Source: Eledone cirrhosa
Lineage: Eukaryota
Assembly (NCBI GenBank): GCA_964016885.1
Contig: OZ024755.1
Coordinates: 24,614,001-24,678,000, forward strand
Direction of reading: 5' to 3'
Length of the DNA: 64,000 bases
Shown: piece by piece, positions 26,670 to 40,473 of the stretch
How the letters are laid out: each line of letters starts with the position of its first letter
How positions within the stretch are numbered: position 1 is the stretch's first letter
Notes under the pieces: model-generated
Seen by the model: the letters and a program-made list of their open reading frames with translations, nothing else
Told to the model about the DNA's origin: nothing
Databases searched by the model: none
Made by a program: the position numbers and the translations under genes

Positions 26670-27165
26670 ATCAGGTGGTTTGGTACGAGTGGAACCAGAT
26701 TCAGATGGTTTGGTATGTGCAGACCCAGGGGTGATTTTAGGAGGTTTGGTATGTGTAGAATCAGGTGGTTTCAGGTAGTTTGGTATGAGTGACCCAGAGG
26801 TGGTTTAAGGTAGTTTGGTATGAGTGACCCAGAGGTGGTTTCAGGTAGTTTGGTATGAGTGATCCAGAGGTGGTTTCAGGTGGTTTGGTATGAGTGACCC
26901 AGAGGTGGTTTTAGGTGGTTTGGTATGAGTGACCCAGAGGTGGTTTAAGGTAGTTTGGTATGAGTGACCTAGAGGTGGTTTAAAGTAATTTGGTATGAGT
27001 GACCCAGAGGTGGTTTGGTATGAATAGAACCAGGTATGGTTTCAAGTGGTTTGGTATGAGTAGAACCTGGTATGGTTTCAGGTGGTTTGGTATGAGTAGA
27101 ACCATGGGTAGTTTTAGGTGGTTTGGTATGAGTAGAACCAGGGGTAGTTTTAGGTGGTTTGGTAT
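26670..27165. repeat. ~35-bp minisatellite
   Basis: Unit ggtggtttcaggtagtttggtatgagtgacccaga. Confidence 0.88.
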
Positions 27166-27179
27166 CAAGAGTTAAATAA

Positions 27180-27370
27180 TGGTTTCTGAGTCAGGCACAA
27201 TGCCAGCAATTGATTTTTTTTTCGGGGGGGGGGGGTCGATTAAATCAAGCCCAGTATGTTACTGGTGTTTTATTTTATCAAACCCGAAGGATGAAAGGCA
27301 AAGCTAACCTAGATAGGATTTCAACTAAGAACGTAAAGGGCCGTAACTCTATGTCGCAAAGTATACTGGC
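27180..27370 (-). mobile_element. SINE family 1 (older copy)
   Basis: actggtg..ttattttatc..cccgaaggatgaaaggcaaag.taacct. Confidence 0.7.
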
Positions 27371-27929
27371 ATACGCTTATGAATGAGAGCCACAGTTTAA
27401 ACGACAATAAATAAACTATTAACTGACAGAGGTTTTCCCTGCTACATTGAACAGATTAATAAACAATGGACCAACAAGGGAGCTTTTACGTGGTTGCACA
27501 ACATGCTAGAAATATTAGCCATATCCCAATGAAGCCACTTCATACTTTCTTAAAAGCATACTGTGGATTATGTCGTTCATGGACGCAAGCATAAATAAAA
27601 ACAGGATTAAAGGTCTTTGATCATAGGTCTGTACAATCAGAACCAGCCTGGGGCTATATAATGACGATGGGGCTTCTACTAGTTTCCAATTCTTGAATAA
27701 ACGTATAAGTGGTTGTGTATGCCACAGACACGTGTACCCTTAACACAATTCTTATGCAGAATCAGTGTGACACAATGTGAGAAGGCTGGTATAGTTCATC
27801 CGAGTGGCTTCCATGCACTTTCCATCTAATTTCACTCTCAAAGCTCTTTCTTTTTCTAAGTGTGATTTAATGAAATCTAGCTGGTATTCCTAGCAGAACG
27901 AATGGTCACATAGAGACGTTATTGTTGTT

Positions 27930-28840
27930 TGGGTGGTCTCGGTAGAGCACCGGACAACAATGCACTGGCGTCGATTTAATCGACTATCCTCTCCCTTTCA
28001 AATTGCTGGCCTTGTGCCTAAATCAGAAACCATTGTTGTCGGGGCGGTGAATTAGCAAATTAGGGCATTGGGTAACACATTTTGTAGGATCTGTTCGTGT
28101 TCTTTACGTTCTGAGTTCAAATCACGTTGAGGTTAAATCAAATCTTATGCCTAACAATCTACAGGCATACATCTTGTATTAGCTTTCTTTGCCTTTCATC
28201 CGTATGGAGGTCGATAAAATAAAGTACCAGTAATACACTGGGTCGATTTAATCGACTTTCTCCTCTCTTCAAAATTGTTGACCTTGTGCATAAATGAGAA
28301 ATCATTATTGGTGGATTGGCAGTATCGGTAGAGGGTCGGACGCCATGGTTTGACGCATAGTTACGGCCCTTGCCATTCTGAGTTCGAACCCCGCCGAGGT
28401 TAATTTTACCTTTCATCCTTACGGGGTCGATAAAATAAAGTACCAGTAGATTTGGATGAAGGATGGAAACTCTACTGTTCGGTTGTGGTGTCAGAAATTA
28501 CTGCACGGTGAGCCGAATACCTTACCCCTCACGTCAGAAAGGTGTCCTCAAGCTGGAGACCTGGCTTAAATGGTTGCAACAAAGTGAACAGAATAACTAG
28601 ATGCCCAGAATAACTAGATGCCCAGCCTCATCCTTCGCTTTTCTGTGATGGTGTTATTGGCAGTATCGGTAGAGGGTCGGACGCCATGCTTTGACGCATA
28701 GAGTTACGGCCCTTGCCATTCTGAGTTCAAATCCCGCCGAGGTTAACTTTGCCTTTCATCCTTACGGGGTCGATAAGATAAAGTACCAGTAATACACTGG
28801 CCAATTGCTGGCCTTGTGCCAAAAGTAGAAACAATTATTG
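27930..28840 (+). mobile_element. Cluster of 3-4 tandem or nested family 1 SINEs
   Basis: Copies at ~28040-28310, 28310-28450 and 28657-28840, plus a 3' fragment at 27965-28035. Confidence 0.8.
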
Positions 28841-29937
28841 TTGTTATTGTTGTTGTGACAGTTGAAGTCACATTACTGTCACCTGAAACTACAGGATTAG
28901 ATTTCCTTCAAAACAACTGTCAAAGTTCATCAACAGATGTCGCTGACAGTTACCTATTCCTCTTCTCTCCTTCCACCCCTACTTTCTCTCTCTCTCTCCC
29001 CTCCCACCCCTACTTTCTCTCACTCCCCTCCCACCAACCCCTTTTCTCATTCTCCCCCGCTTCTCTTTCCACCCTTTTCCGTCATCTCTACCTCCTTCCC
29101 TTCGCATCATAAAAAAAATGTATTATTATTTAGGGAGTTTTCTACCAATACACGAAGATGATGATGATGACAATAATGACTACGATGATAGCGACAACGA
29201 TAATGTTGGAAACGATAATGATGATAACGATGACGATGATGACGGAATCGCCACAGAAATATAACCCATCCCCCACCCCTCACCCCCACAACAACAACAT
29301 TCTAACGTAATTCCATTCTTGAGTTTAAGTTAAGGAACGTCGCATCTCCACCTCACACCTCCACATCACACCTTCACTTCACTCATCCACCCCACACCTT
29401 CACCTCCACCCCACACCTTCACCCCCACTTCACTCATCCACCGCCACCCCACACCTTCACTTCACTCTTCCACCTCCATCTCTCACCACTTACTCATCAA
29501 TCTCCACCTCACACTTCCACTTCATTCATCTACCTCCACCTCCACCTCACACCACTACCACCTGCACCCTACAGCCCCACCCTCATCATCCCACATCTCC
29601 AACCAACAGTCCTTCCTAACTTTTCACACAACATACTAATAGATAGTAACATTGTACGGGTTTAAAATGTCCTTATCAGTGGTATATCTACACAAACAGG
29701 TAGAGAGGGGAAAAAAGGGGAGGGGGGAATGAAAAGCAGAAGGTGGAGTGAGAAAAAGAGAGGGTTAAACTCTACACTCTTGGCAGAACGGAAAATAGTA
29801 GCCAGAGATACCCGCTGCATCAGACATTATGTCGTACAGACTTCATGTCATCTGGTTTAACACCAACACCTGACACTTGGGTACCGTTACTAGGGTGGTA
29901 GGTAGATTTAATCTGTCACCTGTACATATATACATAC

Positions 29938-30009
<72 letters not shown>

Positions 30010-30104
30010 ACAAACACATTGATTGCCAGCTAAATCAACTATAGGGACATAAAATATACAGAAGCGAAAACCAATCCAAACCAAACAGTGGGTGTGTTTT
30101 ATTA

Positions 30105-30255
30105 TGCTTTCCAGCATAGTTACGTCCCTTTACGATCTGAGTTCAAATCCCGCCAAGGTTAACTTTGCCTTTCATCCTTACAGGGTCGATAAAATAAAGT
30201 ACCAGTAATGTACTGGTTAATTTCTGGCCTTGTGCCAAATGTAGAAACAATTATT
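30105..30255 (+). mobile_element. SINE family 1, 5'-truncated
   Basis: Same core and tail. Confidence 0.85.
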
Positions 30256-30319
30256 ATTTCTGGCAATACTATAACAATATGACCCTCCCCAAATATATAT
30301 ATATATATATATATATATA

Positions 30320-30503
30320 ACGAAGGAAATGTGGTAAGGAACCAGATGGACCATAACGCACCAAAGTACTCAATACTTAGAGTAGTAGAGTGGGTAATAG
30401 GAACGAGTACGACACCGACGGCTGAGCTCAAGCCGTTTCGAAGGCTAATTCGAATTACCCATCGAAACGGCTTGAGCTCAGCCATCGGGGTCCTACTCGT
30501 TCC

Positions 30504-30506
<3 letters not shown>
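30320..30506. mobile_element. Fold-back family B, copy 2
   Basis: ~77-nt tail plus inverted repeat 30397-30506 (gctgagctcaagccgtttcga / tcgaaacggcttgagctcagc), in (TA)n. Confidence 0.8.
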
Positions 30507-30548
<42 letters not shown>

Positions 30549-30552
<4 letters not shown>

Positions 30553-30960
30553 TACAAATTTAAATAAGTTTAAATATTTGAAAGCCCTACAATGCGTACA
30601 AGATTAAAAGTGGCAAGGTAATAGGAGTTATAAAGGAAAGAATGAGGACGATAGAATTTTACTATAGCAAATTCAATTATTTCAAATATTTTCTGGGTTA
30701 AAACCCGTTATCAGATTTAATTTTTAAATCTGCCGGCCAAACAACTACTCTTCCCGATTACCCTTTGAACACCTACACACGGGTCCTCTCTTCATAATGG
30801 GTTTTTAAACCCGAAAATATTTGAGATAATTGAATTTGCTAAGCACCATTCTTTCCTCAATTTTAATCCTGTACGCATTGTATGGCTTACAAATATTTAA
30901 ACTTATTCAAATTTGTATTTCCTATTCCACTATGCTTTAAGCAAACTACAGCACTCTGAT
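30549..30960. mobile_element. Fold-back element with degenerate hammerhead cores and a ~39-nt tail
   Basis: Arms 30549-30712 and 30795-30921. Left arm (minus): CTGATAA-cgggttttaaccca-GAAA-ATATTT. Right arm: TCTC-ttcataa-tgggtttttaaaccc-GAAA-ATAT-TT-GAGA. Confidence 0.7.
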
Positions 30961-30963
30961 ATG

Positions 30964-31016
<53 letters not shown>

Positions 31017-31060
31017 AGAAGAAGTTTATGAAATGGAAATGCGGGTATACAGAATTTATT

Positions 31061-31177
31061 AGGTAACAATTGTTTCTATAGTGTATGGGTTACCTATACC
31101 TCGCTATTTGAATAATATAAAAATATTATCATAAACCGAGGGTACACTGTAAGCAAACACACCATGTCGTCAGACCT
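31061..31177 (-). ncRNA. Type I hammerhead ribozyme with long stem II
   Basis: AGGT-CTGACGA-catggtgtgt...(ctcg/cgag, gataatat/atattatt)...atacactata-GAAA-CAATTG-TT-ACCT-AATAAA; palindromic stem III ACAATTGT. Confidence 0.7.
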
Positions 31178-31197
31178 TTGTATTGGAATGATATGAA

Positions 31198-31276
<79 letters not shown>

Positions 31277-31375
31277 TATTGAAGTTTCCGTTGAAAATAG
31301 AAAAATCATAGGAGTGAAGAGTGCTCTATGTAAGTACCAGAGCAAAATTTAATGTATAAAAAACAATACAATATA

Positions 31376-31453
31376 ATTACCTCATTACCAGAGGTTTCCC
31401 GAATAAGACGAATACGAAAGAAACGTCTTCATTCGTTCGTCGGACGAGGCAAT
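31376..31453 (-). ncRNA. Hammerhead fold with U4C core variant
   Basis: ATTGCCTCGT-CCGACGA-acgaatgaagacg..cgtcttattcgg-GAAA-CCTCTG-GTA-ATGAGGTAAT: 10-bp stem I, GUA triplet; same architecture as 14639. Confidence 0.75.
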
Positions 31454-32112
31454 ATATATATATATATATATATACATATATACATCTTGTATTAAGCTTT
31501 GTCGTTCATCCTTACATGGGGTCGATAAAATAAAATACCAGTAATACACTGGGGTCGATTTAATCGAATTTCCTCGCCCTCAAATTGTTGGTCTTGTGCC
31601 TAAATCAGAAACCATTATTTTAAGTAATTTCATTTTTTATACAAATGATGTTTGTCTACACGCAAGGGGTTCAACCACGGACATGTTTCGATGTTATTGA
31701 ACCTCACCATGTAAATTAATATTATTTCTTTTACAAAGAAGGAAAATTCAATGAACTGAGATTACATATATATATATATATATATATATTCTGTTATACT
31801 CATTATTATATTTATGTATATATATATCCCCTATTTTTATGTTGTAATTAGAACTCTTTCTGTCTCTGTCTCTCTCTATGATCCTCCTCCTCTCTTTGTA
31901 AACACATTCCTTTATCAAATTCCTCTCACCTCCCCCACATCACTTCTCCCCTATATCACCCGCCCGACATCACTTCTCTATATCCCCCCCCCCTACATCA
32001 CTGCTCTATATCACCTCCCCCTACATCACTTCTTATGTATCCGTTTCTTGTTATTTTTTATTAACTTCTGTTTCACCACACCCACCCCTTCATTATACTC
32101 TCTCTCACCTTA

Positions 32113-32235
<123 letters not shown>

Positions 32236-32595
32236 CATTATTTAACTGTTGACACGTATCTACCTTTTTCCTTATTTCAACCGGAAACAAATATGCCAAC
32301 GGCAGCCTGACTGACACTAAGTTGAAACACACACACACACGGCTCCTTAAACACGCATACACGGCACCATACACACACATACACGGCTCCATCCATCCAC
32401 ACACACACACACACACACGGCTCCATCCATACACACACACATCGCCATCCATCCAGACACACCCCCACAAACAAACTCACAGAGACACACACGATCCCAT
32501 CCATACAGTATATGTGTGTTTGTATAGCTTTGCACTTTATGTATGTATGTATGTATGTATTATATATATATACATACATATATATATATATATAT

Positions 32596-32875
32596 AATAT
32601 AAGATCAAAAGATGGTTAAAAGAGTTCCAAGTATTTTATTATGCGCATTTCAAAAACAAATATCATCATGAGATGATATCTGCGTTTTCATCTGATGAAA
32701 ACGCAGATATCATCTCATGATGATATTTGTTTTTGAAATGCGCATAATAAAATACTTGGAACTCTTTTAACCATCTTTTGATTTTATATTATTTATACTC
32801 CAGTCCTACAAATTGTAGAGTGCTACTTATCCGATATTTGCATTGCTTTATTGTACTACAATAAAACTCACCTCC

Positions 32876-32880
<5 letters not shown>
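32596..32880. mobile_element. Fold-back family A, copy 4 (opposite orientation, folded within the catalytic core)
   Basis: Palindrome centred on TTCATC-T-GATGAA (32693); the plus strand keeps CTGATGA and the minus strand reads CAGATGA; tail ends AATAAAactcacctcctaca(TA)n. Confidence 0.88.
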
Positions 32881-32961
<81 letters not shown>

Positions 32962-33589
32962 TCCTGTTCATTTTATCTGTGATAAAAAAAAAAAACCGTG
33001 TCACACAATAACAGACGTGGAGTGCAATAGTGAATTATGTGCCACTGTGTTCTAAATAAATACGCCTAACTTACATCCACCTGAAGCCTAACATGTTTAT
33101 TTAGAGCAGAATTTATTCCAAATTTCAGGGGAACTAAACACACCCACACAGATAATTTTTAGAGAATATATTTCGTCACAACCCCGATTTAAAACTGAAA
33201 GTGCAAATGCCACATTACAAATATACATTTTGTTAGTACTCTGAGACATGGTTTGCTCGATAAAAGTTCACACCATATCTCATTGAGTGAGTAAATGTGA
33301 GCAATCAAAATTATAGTTAATACTATAATCTCGTCAATATACATATAAAAAAATTATATATTGAAAATTACATTTTTAAATGTTTTTTTAAATTTTATTC
33401 AACCTTTTTGATATCATCTCATTTGAAACAGCTTCTGGTTCCACCCGTTTTTCAAGAGTTCATAATTACATTTAAACTTTTTGTTGTAAATTTTATCTAC
33501 GAAGACTTCATGTTTTAAACTTCTGCCACATTCATATAAAAATATTGGCTGTTTTATTAAATCCCTTTAAACCCTTTTTATGAGCAAAA

Positions 33590-33785
33590 CCAACCGACAG
33601 GAGACCCAGGGATAGTCCCCGAGATAGTTAGATAACATCCGTGAGCTTGGTTGGTCTCGCTTGGGGATAAAGCCAGATCAATTAGAGACGGTTGCTTCTG
33701 ACAGGACCCGTTGGAAGGAGTGTTTGATGTCTCTGCCCCCACGACACTCTCAGGAATAAGTGGGCGAAGAAGAAGAAGAAGAAAA
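33590..33785 (+). mobile_element. RTE LINE 3' end with (GAA)n tail
   Basis: RPTGRPRD...LDNIRELGWSRLGIKPDQLETVASDRTRWKECL..; caggaataagtgggc(gaa)n. Confidence 0.7.
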
Positions 33786-34717
33786 AAGCGAATCTTTAAT
33801 TCAACACAACATATAATCGATGAATCTCCGTAGTAACAAAAGAGTTAACTACACATTTAGTAACTAATGGTGACAGTTACAAGCAACTACTAATTTGTAT
33901 TATTTGTCCAATAGTCGCTCAATCCTCATTGCTTCCCAACAACCCCCTTCCCACATTCTCAGTCCCCCTATTGAGTTTCCAGAGGGAGGAAGGAAGAGAC
34001 AGATGACCGGTCCCTCCACTCCAGTGCTCCTATTGAGTTCCCACAAGGAGTAAGGAAGAGATAATTGACTGACCCCTCCACTCCAGTGCTCCTATTCAAT
34101 CTCCAGAGGGAGTGAGGAAGAGACAGTCGACTAATACCTCCTCTACGGTGCTCCTATTGAGTTTCCAGAGTGGGTAGGCCTGAGACTGTGAACTGACGCT
34201 CTCTCTCCAGACTCCCACTCCACCTCTTCAGACCCCTTATCTCCAGTGAGGATGGAGCTTAGACAGTTGACCAGACCTTTAGTCCTCCTCTCTAACCCCA
34301 ATTCATCTCTTCAAACCCCATGTCCACCTCTCCAAACCCCATGACCACCTCTCCAGTCTCCAGAGGTAGTGGGGTGAGATAATCGATACAGATCTAGAGG
34401 AAATTATTATCTAAAACCATCGATAACGTAATTGGTGAGAAGGAGCTTCAATAGAACATTGGAAAGGAATGACAGACTTAACTTGTGAGAAAAATACATC
34501 TGCCGCACCGATACTGTGGTTCATTTGGTTTCAGACTTGTGTTCAATTACCCCCTTTGCCAGACTAACAGAAGACGTGTCATAATAATTCTGGGTAAGCC
34601 CCGAGGAGTGTGTACATGGTTATTAATGATGTTATGCTTATGCAATCTTTATATCACACCTTTAATTATTCCTTAAAAACGTATAAAGGTGTAAATCCTC
34701 TCTCTACACCTTAACTG

Positions 34718-34910
34718 TAATAATTGTTTCTACTTTTTAGCACAAGGCTAGCAATTACTCAGTGCATTACTGGTACTTTATTTTATCGACCCCGTAAGGA
34801 TGAAAGGCAAAGTTAACCTCGGCGGGATTTGAACTCAGACTGTAAAGGGACGTAACTATGCTAGAAAGCATGGCGTCCAACCCTCTACCGATACTGCCAA
34901 TTCACCGTCC
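34718..34910 (-). mobile_element. SINE family 1, full length
   Basis: Same consensus. Confidence 0.88.
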
Positions 34911-35084
34911 AATAATATAACACATGAAGCTGTAAACACTCTCGCTACACCTTAACTATAATATAATATTATGAAGGTAGAGATATTCTCCCTACACCTT
35001 AACTATAATATAACATTATGAAGGTAGAGATATTCTCTCTACACTTTAACTATGATAATATAAAGGTGTAAATATTCTGACACT

Positions 35085-35158
35085 GAGAATAACATTAAAA
35101 AGTTGCTATTACATAAATTGATTTATGTAATATCAGCAACTTTTTTTATGTTATTCTT
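35085..35158. repeat. Short fold-back
   Basis: gagaataacattaaaaagttgctattacataaat-tg-atttatgtaatatcagcaacttttttt-atgttattctt. Confidence 0.75.
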
Positions 35159-35191
35159 ATCTATATACACACACACATACATATACGCACA

Positions 35192-35271
<80 letters not shown>

Positions 35272-35276
<5 letters not shown>

Positions 35277-35420
35277 GATGAAATCGAAAATGCAACGAGT
35301 CTTATTTTAAAAAAAATAAGACTCCAGTTGCATTTTCGATTTCATCTTTTTTTCTTTATACTTTCACTCGTGTAGGACACCTCGGTTATTTTTCATTTTG
35401 TAAAAAAAACCTCACTTTCT
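35272..35420. mobile_element. Fold-back element: 80-bp palindrome plus ~70-nt tail, in (TA)n
   Basis: aaaaagatgaaatcgaaaatgcaac-gagtcttatttt / aaaataagactc-ca-gttgcattttcgatttcatcttttt. Confidence 0.75.
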
Positions 35421-35439
35421 AATATATATATATACAATT

Positions 35440-35590
35440 TTGACGCATCAACATGAGATATTTTTCTCCACAAAGTTCGATCACCACCAGCAGAATTTAA
35501 TGAGCAAAGATCAAATCCAGTCCATAGGATGACATCATCAACCCAGCGTTTTGGCTGCCGGCCTCTGGTTCTCTTACCATCATATATCTG
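35440..35590 (-). mobile_element. RTE-like LINE 3' fragment
   Basis: GKRTRGRQPKRWVDDVILWTGFDLCSLNSAGGDRTLWRKISHVDAS, similar to the peptide at ~52890-53030. Confidence 0.6.
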
Positions 35591-35609
35591 TCAAGCAATG
35601 GGGTATGTA

Positions 35610-35731
<122 letters not shown>

Positions 35732-35741
35732 TATTAGGTAT

Positions 35742-35924
35742 TGAATTGGCAGTATCAGTAGAGGGTTGGACGCCATGCTTTCCAGCATAGTTACGTCCCT
35801 TTACGGTCTGAGTTCAAATCCCACCGAGGTTAACTTTGCCTTTCATCCTTACGGGGGTCGATAAAATAAAGTACCAGTAATGTACTGGGTAATTGCTGGC
35901 CTTGTGCCAAAAGTAGAAACAATT
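35742..35924 (+). mobile_element. SINE family 1 with 16-bp TSD
   Basis: TSD ATATTATATTAGGTAT at 35726-35741 and 35925-35940. Confidence 0.9.
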
Positions 35925-36683
35925 ATATTATATTAGGTATGAATCGAAGTTGTAACTGCCATATAGGAGGTACTAATCGAGTTGTTTAAAGGCAATCATA
36001 AAGCACTCAACAACTCAATAGAGCGGTATGTGGATACATTACCGTCTAGAGTAAATCAACAGCTAAAATATATGACACCAAGAAAAACGACCAAAGGCAG
36101 TGGCCATACATATACCACAACAAAGATAAATACAGAAAGTGGGCTTTAAGTCGCGCACAAAGACATTAAATGTCTTAATGTATTAACTGCATTAACATAG
36201 AACTAAACTAGATGTGTACTAAATTTTTAACGCTTTGGTGCGCGACTTAAGATTGTTTTTCAAGACTCTTATTATAAAATCTTCTTGAAACAAATACTGT
36301 TATACTTTCGGAAGTTCATGTTAAAAACACACACACACACACCATTTGAGTTATGTTTCTGTGTTTATTACTTAACTAATTCCTTCTTTGAATTCTTAAT
36401 TGTCATATTTGATAGCCAAAACACTTTCATCACATCCTGACACATCAACGATTGTTCTTGCTCCGTTGTGTTTCTTTTTCGTTTTGATTTTGCTTTATTT
36501 TCTTCATAATGTCTTTCTTGAAGGTTATGATTTGTGTGAATATAATTTAGTGTGTGTGTATGTATGTGCATCTGTGTGTCTGTCTCTGTGTGCGCGTGTA
36601 TCAGAGCGTCTGTGTTTGCGAATAGGTTTATGCGAATGAGTACATAAACGTAATGAAGAGGGAGAGAGAGGGGGCGAAGAGAC

Positions 36684-36735
<52 letters not shown>

Positions 36736-36738
36736 GTG

Positions 36739-36789
<51 letters not shown>

Positions 36790-36851
36790 GTATATATATA
36801 TGTGTATGTGTATGTATATATATATATATGTATATATATATATGTGTATGT

Positions 36852-36923
<72 letters not shown>

Positions 36924-36927
36924 ATGT

Positions 36928-36959
<32 letters not shown>

Positions 36960-37117
36960 ATGTGTATATATATAATATATATATATATAGAGAGAGAGGG
37001 GGGAAATGTGAAAGAGACTGTGTGAGTCGTTGACAATGAATGAAAATGGAGACAGAGATTGGGAGAGAGAAAGGGACAGGGACTGAGAAGGCGACAGAAA
37101 AGGAATTTATCATCATT

Positions 37118-37308
37118 GGTGGATTGGCAGTATCGGTAGAGGGTCGGACGTCATGCTTTGACGCATAGAGTTACGGCCCTTTCCATTCTGAGTTCAAATC
37201 CCGCCGAGGTTAACTTTGCCTTTCATCCTTACGGGGTCGATAAAATAAAGTACCAGTAATGTACTGGGTAATTGCTGGCCTTGTGCCAAAAGTAGAAACA
37301 ATTATTAC
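37118..37308 (+). mobile_element. SINE family 1, full length
   Basis: Same consensus. Confidence 0.9.
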
Positions 37309-38199
37309 TATTAGTAGTAAAGGTGGTGGTGGTGGCAGTGCTAGTCGTGCTGGTTGCAGTAGTGATGGTGGTGGTAGTCGTGTTGGTTGCAGTAGTGGTG
37401 GTAGTGGTGATGATGATGGTGGTGATGGTGGTGGTAGTCGTGCTGATACGGTAGTGGTGATGTTGGCGGTAGTGGTGGTAAATGAAGATGATAGAATAGA
37501 GGTTACTGTCTTGTTAGACCCCTTGAAATTGCACCTCCCATTTCGTTTATCTTAATTTTATCTCGAGATCCGCCATACTATCACTAATGGCTTTGCACCA
37601 GATGGCGCTCTAAGGAACCAAGTAGAGCAGACAACACTCCGCTACCTCCCTCTTTCTCCCTTCCAAATAGACCATCCCAGCACCATCACACTCAAGTACA
37701 CTAGACAACACTCCACCGCCTACTCCCTCTCACTCTCCCTTCCAAATAGATTCTCCCAACACCATCACACCCAAATACACTAGACAACACTCCATCAAAT
37801 CTCCCCCTCACTTCCAAATAGTTCACCCCAACACTTCACTTCACCTCACCATCATTCCCCAATCCACGACAACGCTCCACCTCCTTCACACAATGAACCA
37901 AATAGTTCAACCTAATACCTCACCCCCATCCCGGAAACTGTATAGAAGCCCCTTCGGAGGGATTGTAACTCTAATTTAAAGGTTTAGCTTTTGCACATAT
38001 TGAATCATGCTGTGTACACGTGTCTGCGGAATACTCAACCACTTTTATGGTAATTCACGAGTTGGATGTACAGTTGATCGAATACTTGAGCACTCGTCGT
38101 TGTAACCGACGGATGATCTATCACCATCTTATATATAGCAAATATAAATACATACAGCTATAACCGAGACTCAAAGCTATGACATGGTCTGGATTTGGT

Positions 38200-38395
38200 G
38201 TGAGCTTCTTCTTCGCCCACTTATTCCTGAGAGGGTCATGGGGCAGAGTCCTCAAACACTCCCTCAAGCGGGCCCTTTCAGAAGCAACCGTCTCTAACTA
38301 ATCCGGCTGAATCCCCAAGCGTGATCAGTCAAGCTCATGGATGCTATCCAATTATCTTGCTCGGGTCTACCCCCTGGGTCTCCTACCTATGGTGG
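38200..38395 (-). mobile_element. RTE LINE 3' end
   Basis: Reverse-complement homologue of 33590-33785. Confidence 0.7.
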
Positions 38396-38404
38396 TATTG
38401 ACTG

Positions 38405-39150
38405 CATTGTCCAATATATAATTTAAAGTAAACATTGTCCAATATATAGCTATATAATATAAACATTGTTCAATATATAATTATATAATATACATATTGT
38501 TCAATATATACTTATATAATATACATATTGTATGATGTATACATTGTTCAATATATATTTTAAAGTAAACATTGTCCAATATATAGCTATATAATATACA
38601 TATTGTTCAATATATACCTATATGATATACATATTGTTCAATATATACTTATATAATATACATATTGTTCAATATATACCTATATGATATACATATTGTT
38701 CAATATATACTTATATGATATACATATTGTTCAATATATACTTATATAATATACATATTGTTCAATATATACTTATATAATATACATATTGTTCAATATA
38801 TACCTATATGATGTATACATTGTTCAATATATACATATATAATATACATATTGTTCAATATATACCTATATGATATACATATTGTTCAATATATACTTAT
38901 ATGATATACATATTGTTCAATATATAATATACATATTGTATATAATATATAATATACATATTGTTCAATATATACTTATATAATATACATATTGTTCAAT
39001 ATATACCTATATGATGTATACATTGTTCAATATATACATATATAATATACATATTGTTCAATATATACCTATATGATGTATACATTGTTCAATATATACA
39101 TATATAATATACATAGAGCCCAATACATAGTTATATAATATAGACATTGT
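38405..39150. repeat. ~31-bp AT-rich minisatellite
   Basis: Unit atatacatattgttcaatatatacttatata. Confidence 0.9.
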
Positions 39151-39329
39151 TCAATATTTAAGATTTTAAAAGGTGGCTTCAGATGAATATATATGTGTGT
39201 GTGTGTTTTAAAGTGACACACACACATATATATATATAAAGTCACGTGGCCTGGTAGGTAGGGTGCTTGGTTCCCGATTTTAGCGTTGTTTTCTTGAGCA
39301 AGAAACTTTATTTCCCGTCGCCCCATTGC

Positions 39330-40473
39330 ACTGTGTCGTTGAACAAGACATATTTCACATTGCTCCAGTCCACTGTGTCCTTGAGCAAGACATATATTTC
39401 ACGTTGCTCCAGTCCACCGTGTCCTTGAGCAAGACATATATTTCACGTTGCTCCAGTCCACTGTGTCCTTGAGCAAGGCACTTTATTTCACATTGCTCCA
39501 GTCCACCGTGTCCTTGAGCCAGACATATATTTCACATTGCTCCAGTCGACTGTGTCCTTGGGCAAGACATATATTTCACGTTGGTCCAGTCCACTGTGTC
39601 CTTGAGCAAGACATATATTTCACGTTGCTTCAGTCCACTGTGTCCTTGGGCAAGACATATTTCACGTTGGTCCAGTCCACTGTGTCCTTGGGCAAGACAT
39701 ATATTTCACATTGGTCCAGTCCACTGTGTCCTTGGGCAAGACATATATTTCACGTTGGTCCAGTCCACTGTGTCCTTGGGCAAGACATATATTCCACGTT
39801 GGTCCAGTCCACTGTGTCCTTAGGCAAGACATATATTCCACGTTGCTTCAGTCCACTGTGTCCTTGGGCAAGACATATATTTCACGTTGGTCCAGTCCAC
39901 TGTGTCCTTGGGCAAGACATATATTTCACGTTGCTCCAGTCCACTGTGTCCTTGGGCAAGACATATATTCCACGTTGCTCCAGTCCACTGTGTCCTTGGG
40001 CAAGACATATATTTCACGTTGCTCCAGTCCACTGTGTCCTTGGGCAAGACATATATTTCACGTTGCTCCAGTCCACTGTGTCCTTGGGCAAGACATATAT
40101 TTCACGTTGCTCCAGTCCACTGTGTCCTTGGGCAAGACATATATTCCACGTTGCTCCAGTCCACTGTGTCCTTGGGCAAGACATATATTTCACGTTGCTC
40201 CAGTCCACTGTGTCCTTGGGCAAGACATATATTTCACGTTGCTCCAGTCCACTGTGTCCTTGGGCAAGACATATATTCCACATTGCTCTAGTCGACTGTG
40301 TCCTTGGGCAAGACATATATTTCACGTTGGTCCAGTCCACTGTGTCCTTGGGCAAGACATATATTTCACGTTGCTCCAGTCCACTGTGTCCTTGGGCAAG
40401 ACATATATTTCACGTTGCTCCAGTCCACTGTGTCCTTGGGCAAGACATATATTTCACGTTGCTTCAGTCCACT
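39330..40473. repeat. 44-bp minisatellite (~26 copies) amplified inside a family 2 SINE (39240-40548)
   Basis: Unit ctgtgtccttgggcaagacatatatttcacgttgctccagtcca matches the SINE segment at 44336-44372; the SINE head precedes the array and ctcagctgg follows it. Confidence 0.92.

Noticed and set aside
29760-29905. Smad/E-box enhancer (CAGAC x2, CATCTG, CACCTG); similar GC-rich patch at 51640-51780
   Set aside because: Such short motifs are expected by chance, and no conservation data are available.
37118-37210. tRNA gene
   Set aside because: The A/B boxes belong to a multi-copy SINE head; no cloverleaf is evident.
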